Positions 38,792 through 54,140 of a DNA stretch of 64,000 nucleotides are shown one piece after another. The position numbers and the translations under genes were made by a program. Under the pieces are notes generated by a model. That model saw only the letters and a program-made list of their open reading frames with translations, was not told where the DNA came from and searched no databases. Numbering within the stretch: the stretch's first letter is position 1; each line of letters begins with the position of its first letter. The DNA comes from the human T2T-CHM13v2.0 reference genome, Homo sapiens: NCBI RefSeq assembly GCF_009914755.1, contig NC_060929.1. One strand, 5' to 3'.

Positions 38792-39260
38792 CTGTAACAA
38801 AAAGACATGTCATTTGAAACCCAAATTACTTTTAATGTGAAATGTTTACATTGGTTATTTAATTCTGTTTCAAGGTTCAAAATACTTTAGAACAGATAGT
38901 CACATTAATATGATTAACAGATTTGGTGTTTCTGTTATTGTCTGAGATACTCTCATGTCTTACCAGGTTATACTGGTTATTAGATTCTGAGGTGAGTGTC
39001 TCAGTATCTTTTATAAGGCAGCACAAATAATATAAATTAAATAACCTTTTCACTGAGTATTCTCCCGAATATTCACTTGGGTCATTCTGTGTATGATCAT
39101 CCTCCACCATACCCAGGTGACTTCCACTTACTCTCTTCTTAGGTATACACAATTTTCATGAGCCACTAGCAGCTTGCATTATATTAGTTACTAGCAGCTT
39201 GCATTCCTCCACCAAGTCACTACATAACGTATGCTAACATACCTATAACTGAACACTTAC

Positions 39261-39381
39261 CTTTCTCTATGATATCTTGCCAAAGTGTCTGCACCAATAT
39301 AGGGTCTGAATAACCGGCACAATGAATTATTGCAAGTTTGCACTCTGCAAGTTTAAATGGGTCAGCAAATTCCCCATAAAG
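39261..39381 (-). CDS. NUP155: NUP155 exon (~31), 121 nt
   Basis: tcacag|CTTTATGGG...GAAAG|gtaagt; [40 protein letters not shown]. Confidence 0.95.
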
Positions 39382-39949
39382 CTGTGAGAGAAAATCCCAA
39401 AATTAACATCCAACTAGAGATCAACATTCAGAGATTAATAGTGAAGCACTCCTTGAAAATTAAAAAATAACCAAAGATTTTACATAAAGTTTCTGAAATA
39501 TGATATAAAGATGTGATGATGTATGTAGCTGGTTATAACTCCATATTTAAAAAGTTAAGGGTATGGGCCGGGTACGGTGACTCAGGCCTGTAATCCCAGC
39601 ACTTTAAGAGGCCAAGGTGGGCGGATCACGAGATCGGGAGATGGAGACCATCCTGGCCAATATGGTGAAACCCCGTCTCTACTAAAATTTAAAAAAAAAA
39701 AAAATTAGCTGGGCATGGTGGTGCATGGCTGTAGTCCCAGCTACTCAGGAGGCTGAGGAAGGTGGAGGTTGCAGTCAGCTGAGATCACGCCATTGCACTC
39801 TAGCCTGGTGACAGAGAAAGACTCTGTCTCCCCCCGCCAAAAAAAAAAAAAAAGGGTAAGGGTATGGTAAATACATTCAAACACATTTTAGCATGTAGAG
39901 CTTTTTTCTTGGCTGGGAAGAAGATGTTGCAACGACATTCTATTTATTA

Positions 39950-40230
39950 ATTTTAAAATTCATTTTTTCAAATTTCTGTGGGTACACAGTAGGTGTATGT
40001 ATTTATGGGGTACATGAGATGTTCTGATACAGTCATGCAATGAGAAATAAGCATGTCATGGAGAATGTCTATTCCTCAAGCAGTTATCCTTTTGAGTTAC
40101 AAATAATCCAATTACATTCTCTATTTTAAAATATACAGTTATTATTGACTATAGTCACCCTATTGTGCTATCAGATAGGTCTTATTCATTTTGTTTTTGT
40201 ACCCATTAACCATCCCCACCTTCCCTACAA
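39950..40230 (-). mobile_element. L1MA 3' end fragment
   Basis: gggtacatgagatgttctgatacag...gttattattgactatagtcaccctattgtgctatc. Confidence 0.7.
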
Positions 40231-40600
40231 ACCTCCTGCAATGGTATTTTAGAACTAGTGTTGTATAAACAATGGGTTGAAGAATCACAGGAATACTGAC
40301 AAATCTCAAAGTGTTTCAGGGTACCTGGAACTATGTCTAAGAATAAATGAAGAGGAAGGAACTGCTCAGAAAATTACAGAGAGAGAAAGAGGTTTAGAGA
40401 GTTAAGCAAAGATAAGTTAGTTTTTCCAAGGCAAGAAGCGAGGCCATAAATAAGATGGTTTTGGTTTTTTAGTTTTTTTTTCTTTTTGAGACAGGGTCTC
40501 ACTCTGTCACTCAGGCTGGAATGCAGTAGCACCATCGAGGCTCACCACAACCTGGGCCTCCTGGGCTAAATCAATCCTCCCACCTCAGACTCCTGAGTAG

Positions 40601-40840
<240 letters not shown>

Positions 40841-41249
40841 TGACCAGGCTGGTCTCAAACTCCTGACCTCAGGTGATCTGCCCGCCTCAGCCTCCCAAAG
40901 TGTTGGATTACAGGCGTGAGCCACAGTGCCTGGCCTTTTTTGCTATTTTTTTGTAAAGATGAGGTTTTGCCATGTTGCCCAGGCTGGAAATAAGCTGGTT
41001 TTAACACAGCTCTCATGCGAGGATGATAGGTTCTTTGTAGCTACTGGCCTGGAAAGAGTAGCTTAGCCTTTTTCTAGGAGTCAGATGAAGCAGTGGTGAT
41101 CTGTCAGCCCAGTGACAAGCTGCCAAAGATGCCTTATCTTATTTGTGGAGATAAGGTAATTTTCCCCATGAAACAAAAAGCAAAATAAAAAACAAAAATT
41201 TCTCATTATTAGGTAACTACTATAAAAATTTCACTTGCTTTTTTATTAC

Positions 41250-41363
41250 CTTAGTTATGTCCATCAGCTCAGAATCCAGCTGAGAAACTGCATCCTGTAC
41301 AGAAGAATGATGGGAATACTGCCTTTGTAGTGTCTCCTGTATCTGAAGTTGGATCCTAGCAAC
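41250..41363 (-). CDS. NUP155: NUP155 exon (~30), 114 nt
   Basis: aactag|GTTGCTAGG...ACTAAG|gtaata; [38 protein letters not shown]. Confidence 0.95.
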
Positions 41364-41551
41364 CTAGTTTGGGCAGAAAACAGGATGTCTTAATTTATTT
41401 ATGATAAATCAACATACGTTTGAAAGAACGGATCCTACTATCTGACTTTAAGTTTGCTAAAATAATGTATAAATGAAGATTTCTATCATAATAGGCTAAT
41501 ATTATCATAACAGACATCAACTAAACATAATAGATTTCACAGGAAGTATAC

Positions 41552-42327
<776 letters not shown>

Positions 42328-42591
42328 TGAGCCACTGCACCCAGCTGGGAAAAACCTTTCGAAGTGCCAAAGAGAAAACTTCTAAATTATAGCAATGTTT
42401 TTATGACCCAAGTGCATCCTTAAAAATCTTTAAGATTTATATCTAAACATAAAAATAAATATAAACAGACAAAAGCAACTAGAATAATAATGACTTCTCA
42501 GACCTATTACTTACCAAGGGAAGAATGGAATGTGGAATAACTATGTGGCTAGTACTCAATGTGGACACAGCTTAAGATCTTTAGCACTTAC

Positions 42592-42721
42592 CTCCATTTT
42601 TTCTTCTAATTCATGAAGAAATTCACCATCGGCAGCTATTGATGAAATGGCAGTGGAACTTTTGGCACTAAGAATGGCTCGAGCAATGTACTCTAGTCGC
42701 TGCTGAAGTGAAATTTCTGTG
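42592..42721 (-). CDS. NUP155: NUP155 exon (~29), 130 nt
   Basis: ttctag|CACAGAAATT...ATGGAG|gtaagt; [43 protein letters not shown]. Confidence 0.95.
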
Positions 42722-43072
42722 CTAGAAGGGAAAACGCTTATTTTTAGTTACACAATTTCTTAAGGATTGATGATACAAATACGTCAATTAGTATGTACTG
42801 TTTCATACCAAACACACATAAAAAGCCATCTGAAACTTGAAAAAAAATCATTAGATTTAAAAAAAAATCTATTTTAGATTTCTCATAAGAGAGATCCACA
42901 ATTTTAGACAACACATAAAGAAATACATTTATGACTAAAAAGTAACATCCTATTTAAAAAATTTAGGTCAGTATATTAAAACTTAGATTCTTCTAAAATT
43001 AAAGAAAACTGAATGTAAGTACATATAGCTCAGTTTTGAATCATTCTTCACAATAAGAATATTATGCCATAC

Positions 43073-43227
43073 CTATGCATGTCAGCCAGTCTGGACAGTA
43101 CACGAGCAGCATTACTGAAACTTCTGTTCTTCTCGTAATACCGCCAGAGTAAATCCATATAACGAACTCTGTTTTGATCAACTTTGGCCATTCGGACTAG
43201 ATGTGGCTCCAGAAATGGAGAAGCAAC
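43073..43227 (-). CDS. NUP155: NUP155 exon (~28), 155 nt
   Basis: ttctag|GTTGCTTCT...CATAG|gtatgg; [51 protein letters not shown]. Confidence 0.95.
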
Positions 43228-43735
43228 CTAGAAATTATATAGTTATTCAGAAAAATTTTCTAACCACCTACAGATAATGTTCCTGATAAGGAAAATATAG
43301 TATTTTTAAGTCAACTACAACTTTGCCTTGTTTTATGAAAACAAGCAAAATTATAATCCAATACTAACAGATAAAAGAGAGGGCAAATTTTCTTATTATA
43401 AACAATTTTTGTTTTACCACAGTTAGCATAAGAGTTTCCAAAACAATTCTATTAGGTTGATAACAATAATTTAGTAGGCTGGGCATGGCGACTCATGTCT
43501 GTAATCCTCGCACTTTGGGAGGCCGAGGTGGGCAGATCATGTGAGCTCAGGAGTTTGAGACCAGCCTGGGCAATATATGGCAAAACCTCGTCTCTACAAA
43601 AAAATTAGCTGGGTGTGGTGGTGCGGGCCTATAGTTCTAGTTACTCAGGAGGGTTAGGTGTGAGGATCACCTGAGCCTAGGGAGGTCAAGGCTACAGTGA
43701 GCCATTATCGTGCCATTGCACTGCACTTCAGCCTA

Positions 43736-44160
<425 letters not shown>

Positions 44161-44551
44161 TCAAAGGCATTATTGAAATTATCAAATGCTATGTATTCAT
44201 TAAACAGATTGAGGAACACTGAAACTTAGGGTAGGTAAAAGGACATATCTGAAGTCACAGTGACTTAACAGCAGAGTTAAGATAAGATGACCTACAGGAC
44301 TCATATTCATAATCCAGTGATTTCTACCCCGCAATACAAACTATCCCAATCAGCTTCGAATTAACAAGAAAATTGGAGCAGTAGCCTACTTTGCCCCTTA
44401 GGAAAAGATACTGCATTACTCAGCTTTATACTAACATCTAATAGCAGGCATGGGATGAGAAACTGAATTTTTTACATCTATATATGTGCTTAAATCATTG
44501 AGTTATGCTCCTTAAGAATAATTAACACAACTGCAATAAAAAAAGATTTAC

Positions 44552-44656
44552 CTGTAGCAGCTTATCTGCAAGGTCGACTTGTATTAGCCAATTATAAAGG
44601 GCAATACTAAAGAGCTCATCCTTGGATCGCTGTGACAATTTAAGCATTTGTTCAAA
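44552..44656 (-). CDS. NUP155: NUP155 exon (~27), 105 nt
   Basis: ttttag|TTTGAACAA...CTACAG|gtaaat; [35 protein letters not shown]. Confidence 0.95.
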
Positions 44657-44869
44657 CTAAAATAAAGAAAATAGTAAAAATTAGCAGTTAAAGGCTCTGT
44701 TTCTGGGCATCACAACCCTTTAGCCCTATAAACTCCAGTAAGAAATCAAGAATCCTTACATGATAACTTCTAAGAACTACCACCTTTCCCCAAGATGACT
44801 GTGCTACCATTACCATGGAGAACTTCTAAACAGTGTATTCTCAGAATGAAAATATACTATGTCCCTTAC

Positions 44870-45023
44870 ATGATGTCCTGCTTCTTCATTACTCAGCATA
44901 TTTGGATCAGATGACAACACTGGAGGACCAGGTTTTTTGGGTACACTGGGAGACTGAGGAGCGGCCTTACTTTGATTTACCAGTTCTTGAAGTGTGTCTG
45001 TAATGCATTTGTAACTGTTTAAT
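44870..45023 (-). CDS. NUP155: NUP155 exon (~26), 154 nt
   Basis: tttcag|ATTAAACAG...CATCAT|gtaagg; [51 protein letters not shown]. Confidence 0.95.
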
Positions 45024-46271
45024 CTGAAAGAAAATGGAAAAGGAACAATTACATTATTTAACTAGAAAGCAAATGATGGTAAGTGTGGTGACTCACGCCT
45101 GTAATGCCAGCCATAGGGAAGTCAAGGTAGGAGGACGGCTTGAGGCTGGGAGTTCAAGACTAGCCAGGGCAACAGAGCGGGACCACGTCTCTACAAAAAA
45201 TACAAAAAAATTGGCTGGGCACAGTGCCTCACACCTGTAATCCCAGCACTCTGGGAGACGAAGGCAGGGGGACTGCCAGAGGTCACGAATTTGAGACCAG
45301 CCTGGCCAACCTGGTGAAACCCCGTATCTGACAAAAATACAAAAATTAGCCGGGCTTGGTGGTGCATGCCTGTAGTGCCAGCTATTCAGGTGAGTGAGGC
45401 ACAAGAATTGCTTGAACCTGGGAGGCAGAGGTTGAGGTGAGCTGAGATCATGCCACTGCACTCCATCCTGGGTGACAGCAAGACCCTGTCTCAAAAAACA
45501 AACGAACAAAAAACAAAACAAAACGAAACAAAAAATTAACCAGGCGTGGCGGTGTGCACCTGTAATCCCAGCTACTTGGGAGGCAGAGGCAGGAGGATCG
45601 CTTGAGCCTAGGAATTCAAGGCTGCAAGTGAGCTATTATCATGCCACTGCACTCCAGCTCAGGCAACAGAATGAGGCCCTGTCTCAAAAACAAAAAACAA
45701 AACCCCCCAAAAACAAAACAAAACAAATAACAAAAAAGAAAGCCATTGATTTACCTTACCTAAGTATATACAAGGATTTCAAGACTATTTGGCAGAATAG
45801 ATGTACATATTTGGCATTTAAAATAATACAAACCATATACTTTTTCAATAAGTTTGAGAAGTGTTTGGTTAAACATTAAAAGGGTAAAGTCATTAAATAT
45901 AGTAATAAAAAAATATGTTTTCGCCAGATGTGGTGGCTGACACCTCTAATCTCAGCACTTTGGGAGGCTGAGAAGAAAGGATTGCTTGAGCCCAGGAGTT
46001 AAAGACCAGCCTGGGCAATATAGTGAGGCCCTGTCTCTACAGAAATTAAAGAGAAAAAAAAAATTAGCCGAGTGTGGTGACATGTGCCTGTAGTCCCAGC
46101 TACTCAGGAGGCTGAGGTAGGAGGATCACTGGATCACTTGAGCCCAAAAGGTCAAGAGTACAGTGAGCTATGATGGTGCCACTGACTCCAGCCCAGGAGA
46201 CAGAGTGAAGCTTTGTCTCAAAAACAAAAACAAAAACAAAACAAAACACCCTCCATATATATATGTTATAG

Positions 46272-46514
<243 letters not shown>

Positions 46515-46646
46515 TGATCTGCCCACCTCAGCCTCCCAAAGTGCTGGGATTACAGGCGTGAGCCACTGTGCCTGGCCTATATTTCTTTTAAGGACACACA
46601 TTTCCTTTTTAACAGTCTCAACAAATTTGGGAATACTTAAAAATTA

Positions 46647-47090
<444 letters not shown>

Positions 47091-47109
47091 CTAACGTAAT
47101 GGAATGCAC

Positions 47110-47245
47110 CTTTCTTGGAAGGCCTGAAGTCCAACTATGTCTTCTTCTGGTTCTCCATGTTTATAGAAATGAAGCCCAAGACCTTGAGGATCTTTTTTCT
47201 CTGCAGCCGTAAGAGAAAGTTCCACCACACCCTCATAAAATCTCA
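47110..47245 (-). CDS. NUP155: NUP155 exon (~25), 136 nt
   Basis: catcag|TGAGATTT...GAAAG|gtgcat; [44 protein letters not shown] (inside ORF 47091..47354). Confidence 0.95.
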
Positions 47246-48299
47246 CTGATGGGAAAGAAAAGAATGAAGACCTATGACTTACTACTAAGTTGGATACATT
47301 TTTCCTTAGCTGGCACATGAAAATAATGATCAAGGTTATGTCTCTACTGTACAATAGTCACCCTGCTAACATAAAATATTTCTGATAGGTCTTCAGAAGG
47401 AAAAGGTCTTAATATGCCTAAAAGGCAACTGTTAAATATATTTCTTCATTGGGGGCCAGGTGTGGTGGCTCACGCCTGTAATCCCAGCACTTTGGGAGGC
47501 TGAGAGGGGGCAGATCACAAGGTCAGGGGTTCGAGACCAGCCTGACCAACATGGTGAAACCCCACCTCTACTAAAAATACAAAAATTAGCTGGGCCTGGT
47601 GGCATGCGCCTGTAATCCCAGCTACTCAAAAGGCTGAGGCAGGAGAATCACTTGAACTAGCGAGGCAGAGGTTGTAGTGAGCTGAGATTGCACCATTGCA
47701 CTCCAGCCTGGGTGACAGAACAAGACTCTGTCTCACAAAAAAAAAAAGAAAAAGGAAAAAAAAAAAATATATATATATATATTTCTTCATTGGAAAAAAA
47801 AGATCCTATTTCAAATAACAAAAAGGAAAGTTTTAGTTCCCTACTGGGGGGAAAAAAATACCTTGGGATTCAAAATAATACCTGTGCAAATAGTTATGGC
47901 CTTTACATTATGTTAGATTTGATTTAAAGTAATTTTTTAAAAAGTAAGCAGATTATACCTTAAAACTCAATAAAAAATTTTAAATATCTGAAAAATAAAT
48001 GTAATCCAGAAAGCAATGTAAAACATACAGTAATTGAACTGGACAAGAACTGAAACTCTAATGCTAAAAAGTTATACATTTCGGCTGGGCGCAGTGGCTC
48101 ATGTCTGTAATCCTAGCACTTTGAGAGGCTGAGATGGGTGGATCACCTGAGGTCAGGAGATCGAGACCACCCTGGCTAACATGGTAAAACCCCACCTCTA
48201 CTAAAAATACAAAAATTAGCTGGGCAATGGCCGGGCGCGGTGGCTCACACCTGTAATCCCAGCGCTTTGGGAGGCTGAGGTGGGTGGATCATGAGGTCA

Positions 48300-48720
<421 letters not shown>

Positions 48721-48750
48721 TCAAAAAATAGAAAGAACATTACAGCTTCT

Positions 48751-48873
48751 GCAGGTCAGTGTAGTCATCAAATATTGCAACACAATGATACCACATTCCT
48801 ACGTCCTTTCACTCGGCCTCTGATGCTGAAAGAAGATTTGCATCTGGAAAGTGGCTTTTCATCATTAGCTTGC
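48751..48873 (-). ncRNA. Candidate intronic box C/D snoRNA-like RNA in a NUP155 intron
   Basis: Sense-strand ATGATGA (48859-48865), internal TGATGA (48765-48770), terminal CTGA (48756-48759), imperfect GCAAG/CCTGC end stem and an internal 8/9-bp stem. Not repeat-derived as far as I can tell. Confidence 0.4.
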
Positions 48874-48940
48874 TTCATTCATACACTATTGTTTGTCTTT
48901 TGAGTTGAGTAAAAGATACAAGAAACATTTTATTTCTCAC

Positions 48941-49079
48941 CTTGTCTATACTGAGCACAAACATTGGAAAGGTCCACTTGATTGCTAATTTTTTGATATT
49001 CCTTTAATGATTCCCTTAACATTCTTTCTTTTTCAGTCTTATTTTGAACTTGTCGGGAACGCTGGAGAAGCTCATTTGC
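48941..49079 (-). CDS. NUP155: NUP155 exon (~24), 139 nt
   Basis: ttctag|GCAAATGAG...CAAG|gtgaga; [46 protein letters not shown]. Confidence 0.95.
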
Positions 49080-49657
49080 CTAGAAGAGGAGATAACAAGA
49101 ACTTAAAAATATATAAAATCAAGCAGACAGATGATGCTGTCAACTAAGTTTTAGTCTATGTCTAAATTTATATATGGTTATTACCATTAAAATGAAAACA
49201 ACTCTACAAACTTACTTCTTAATTTTAGGCAGAAAAGTTTTTGACCAAAGATTCCTAGCTATTCTTAATTCCTCTCCCAAATATGTTAAGCAAGAGAACT
49301 TTTGTCTGGTAATTCTCTTGCCTAGTCAATACATTATTGGGCAGCAGGCAGTCCATGTGACACTGATTTATTTATTTTTTCCACCTGTAGGAAAGGATCA
49401 ATAAAAATGCCCCCATTAACTCTAATTCACTAAAAGATTTACTTGAAGTTTTAGTACTTTTCCTTAAGCTAAGGAGATAAATTATCCCCTAAATTTCCTT
49501 AATTTCTAAATTTAGTGATTTTTCTTAATTTCTCACCTTTGGTTTTTTAATATGGCCTAGAAACACTATCAAAGATTCTTTATGGGCCAGGCGCAGAGGC
49601 TCATGTCTATAATCCCAACACTTTGCAAGGCTGAGGCAGGCGGAGGTCAGGAGTTCA

Positions 49658-49969
<312 letters not shown>

Positions 49970-50363
49970 TCAGAACTTGTCTCTATAAAAAACAAAAAAA
50001 TTGGCTGGGTGTAGTGGTGCACACCCGTAGCCCCTAGCTACATGAGAGGCCTGCTTGAGTCTAGGACTTAGAAGCTGCTGTGAGCTATGATCACAGCACT
50101 GCACTACAGCCTAAGCAACAGAGTGAAACCCTGTGTCAAATAAATAAATAAAAATATTTTTAAAAAGAAAAGCTAAGCTTAAAAGAGTATACACTGGTTT
50201 TAAGAAGCCACATATTCCAACCCCTTTCTTAGATGAGGATTCTGAGGCTAGGAGAGGTTAAGAGATCTAACTGACTGAGGTCCTATATTAAGTGAAACAA
50301 GATGGTTCATCATACATGATACCTCTTATAACAAACAATGAAATAGGTAATAAAGTATCATAC

Positions 50364-50555
50364 CTTAGAACAAATTGCATCATCAGTGCTATATAGAAGT
50401 GGGCAGATATCCTGTAAATGTAAACTAATGCCATCAACAGCGGCATTATCTCTGATGTAGCAGTTGATAAGAGAAGCAATTAATGCCCCTGTGAGTTCTT
50501 TGTCCCTGATTACAAGATCTTTAAAGGTGGTGATCTTCAGCTGCTCTTGAAGTTC
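50364..50555 (-). CDS. NUP155: NUP155 exon (~23), 192 nt, symmetric phase 0
   Basis: tcctag|GAACTTCAA...TCTAAG|gtatga; [64 protein letters not shown]. Confidence 0.95.
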
Positions 50556-51542
50556 CTAGGAGCATAAAACTTTTCTATCACAATTATAGAAATACCATAT
50601 TTCTAAACATAATGAAATTATTTTAATAAATTAAAATAACCTAAATATTAATAGACTCTATAATTGAAAAGCGAAAATATACTAATTAGTAGAAACAAAT
50701 TTTTGCGAACTTACATAAAATCATAGAGAGTTGGAAAAGAACCTACAGTAGATCTAGTCCAAAACTCTCACTTTCCAAATGAGAAAAGTAAAGCTTAAGT
50801 AGAGCCAAAACTAGAGTCAGATCTCCTGGCTTTGGTTATAAAATGGAAAAAACAATCACTTGGCTATATTTGAAAATCTTGGGCTTACATATTACTCCTT
50901 CCTAAACACTGTTAGAATTCCATTATTCTAGGCCTTATAATAATATTGGAGTTTAATCTGTATTGTGAACAAATCTGCTTGTCCAAATGAAGCTCTAAAG
51001 TATTGATTTATACTATAGTAAAAGATTCTGTTAGTGATGTGACTGCTATCTCTTTTTTCTAAATTCAAGGAAATACCCAAACTGTGTTAAAATTCTTGAA
51101 CAAATCTTTAATTTGCATTCATTGAGCATGCCATTGGTGATGTAAGGAAGAGAGCTTTGAAGATGGATCACAAAAACATACCCAGGATAAAAACCTACCT
51201 ACAATATATTTATCACTCTATAAAACTCAAAATTATTATTCTACTTGGTATGAAAAAGATAAGTTTCATAATTAAATATATTAGCTTGAATTTTTAAAAA
51301 TAAAAAACAGTATGTATTTAAAAGAAACAAAACCACCAACAAAAGCCACACTATTCATTGGACACTAGTGGAAAGAATGAGGAGACTGCCTTCCAACGTT
51401 GAAAAATGGTATACGAGAGTCAAAAAGTAAGTGTTTCAGAGTAATGAAATATCCATACAGGACAAGGAAAAAGAATTTTTTTTTTTTTTTTTACAGAATT
51501 GCAGCTAGTAACTGGGGAAGGAATCACAGATTTAAAATATTA

Positions 51543-51665
<123 letters not shown>

Positions 51666-53278
51666 TTACTAAAACTACAAAAATCAGCCAGGCGTTGTGG
51701 CACATGCCTGTAGTCCCAGCTACTCGGGAAGCTGAGGCAGGAGAACTGCTTGTACCCGGGAGGTGGAGGTTACAGTGATCTCAGATTGCTCCACAGCACT
51801 CCAGCCTGGGTGACAGAATGAGACACTGTCTCAAAAAAAATAAAAAACAAACAAACAAATAAATAAATATTACCCTTTTGTAATCCTAAATGAAATAATA
51901 AATTCCAGCAATGATTATCAATGGATGATTAAAATCTGATGGAGAATTCCACAATGGCAGTATTAGGCTTACTACTTGAATCCAGCAATTTATCTTAGTA
52001 TAACTAAAAGAAGGACAACGAAACCTTTTGTATCTTCTAACAGTCTGATGAATAAACCACTACCTATGAAGTATTCTATTCTTCCTCAAAAAAGGACCTG
52101 AACTGAATCAAGCCTATATAATAAACTTTCATTTTATAGAAAATGCAGGAGATAGAGGAAGAAGCTCGCTACAAAGAGGATTAAAAAAAAAAAAGCCTTA
52201 GAATGTCCTTAGAATGCTGGACATTCTACTGGATGGATGACTGGATTTCTACAAGGCAACAGCAAGGAAAAGAAAAAGAAGGAAAGACTGCTTTAGACTG
52301 AAACAGATGAAAGAGAAAAACAAATTCCATGAGCAAACCCCTTAAACTGTTTAGATCCTGATTTGAATGAACCAATCTGTAAAAAGACATTTTTAAGACA
52401 GATTTTGCTATCAAATATTGACAGTTAATATTGGTAACTATCCAGCCTAGGAGATACGGTGAAACCCCATCTCCACAAAAAAATACAAAAATTAGCTAGG
52501 CGTAGTGGTGCGTGCCTATAGTACCAGCTACTCGGGAGGCTAAAGTAGGAGAATCACTGGAGTCCAGAGAGGTCAAGGGTGCAGTGAGCCGTGATCATGC
52601 CACTGCACTCCAGCCTGGGTGACAGAGCGAGACACTGTCTCAAGAAAAACTGGTAACTGATCATGACATTGTTGTTGTTCAAGGAACTGTCTATTTTTTT
52701 TAGAAACACAGTATCTTGAAAATGCTGAATGAGTCAAATGTATATGGGAGTTACAGTTTTTGCTCTACTTTTGTATACGTTTAGAAATGCTCACAATTAA
52801 ATAAAAGGTAGGAATAAATTTCCTCTATATATTCTATCTAACATTTAGATTAATGTTGATTATCCTTATCCTTAGAAAGGATTCAAATGTGAACATCAAA
52901 AGAAATATGAACCATTTATTTCCTACAGTGATAAATATCTTCCTTTAAAGTAGGAGCAGTTGCCGGGCATGGTGGGTCACGTCTGTAATCCTAGCATTTT
53001 GGGTGGCTGAGGCGGGTGGATTACCTGAGCTCAGGAGTTCGAGATCACCCTGGGCAACACGGTGAAACCCCGTCTCTACTAAAATACAAAAAATTAGCTG
53101 GGCGTGGTGGCATGCACCTGTAATCCCAGCTACTCAGGAGGCTGAGGCAGGAGAATTGCTAGAACCCGGGAGGTGGAGGTTGCAGCGAGCCGAGATTGCA
53201 CAACTGCAGCCTGGGCGACAGAGTGAGACTCCATCTCTTAAAAAAAAAAAAAAGAAAACATAAAATGAAGTAGGAGTG

Positions 53279-53284
<6 letters not shown>

Positions 53285-53324
<40 letters not shown>

Positions 53325-53335
53325 CAGAGAGAGAC
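53285..53335 (+). repeat. (TG)n(AG)n microsatellite forming the tail of a minus-strand Alu
   Basis: Read directly from the sequence. Confidence 0.9.
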
Positions 53336-53513
53336 AGGGTCTCACTCTGTCACCCAGGCTGGGGTGCAGTGGCACCATCATGGCTAAGTGGCGCCTCAAC
53401 CTCCCAGGCTCAAGTGCTCCTCCCACTTCAGCCTCCCAAGTAGCTGGGACTACAGGCATGTGCCACCACACTTGACTAATTTATTTTTTATTTTTAGTAG
53501 AGATGGGTCCTGA

Positions 53514-53645
<132 letters not shown>

Positions 53646-54009
53646 TGAAATTATAAGCAAAAGTCTGTGTGTCCATGTCGATATGCATTTCTTTAAGGGT
53701 AGTGAGAGATAGCTTTTATCAGATTCTCAGAAGAACCTGTAGCTCAAATAAAGGGTAAAGTCCACTGTTTTAAAAAATATGTTTTGTAAAGTATGACTTC
53801 ATTCACATACCCACAAGTAAAAACTTGCGGCTTTGAAAAAATAGGTCCCCCAAGTTGGTACGCTTTTTTTGTGCCATCTTCCCATAACATACTAACTTCA
53901 TCATAACTTAAATGCTTCCCAAAATAATCCCCTCCAAAGCCAAAATACTCATCCAAAAAATCCAAACATAGTATTAATGGTATAATCATAAAAAAATAAA
54001 AAAAATTAC

Positions 54010-54140
54010 CTTCTGAAGTTCTGCCACAATGATAGTGAATTGATGTTCACAAAGAAGTTTCCATAAAGCCAGAGCCTGATATGATTTTCGAACCAACTGC
54101 TGAATTGCCTGAAGTGAAATCTTTTCACTTAGTTGAGCCT
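54010..54140 (-). CDS. NUP155: NUP155 exon (~22), 131 nt
   Basis: cattag|AGGCTCAA...CAGAAG|gtaatt; [43 protein letters not shown]. Confidence 0.95.

Noticed and set aside
38877-39152. 91-aa sense-strand intronic ORF or extra exon
   Set aside because: It has a non-ATG start, no clear polypyrimidine acceptor and no recognisable homology, and the flanking exons already join in phase.
48795-48856. Hammerhead ribozyme or tRNA-like element (CTGATG...GAAA; GGCCGAGTG)
   Set aside because: The core reads CTGATGC rather than CTGANGA, the stems do not fit the hammerhead topology, and no B box or cloverleaf is present.
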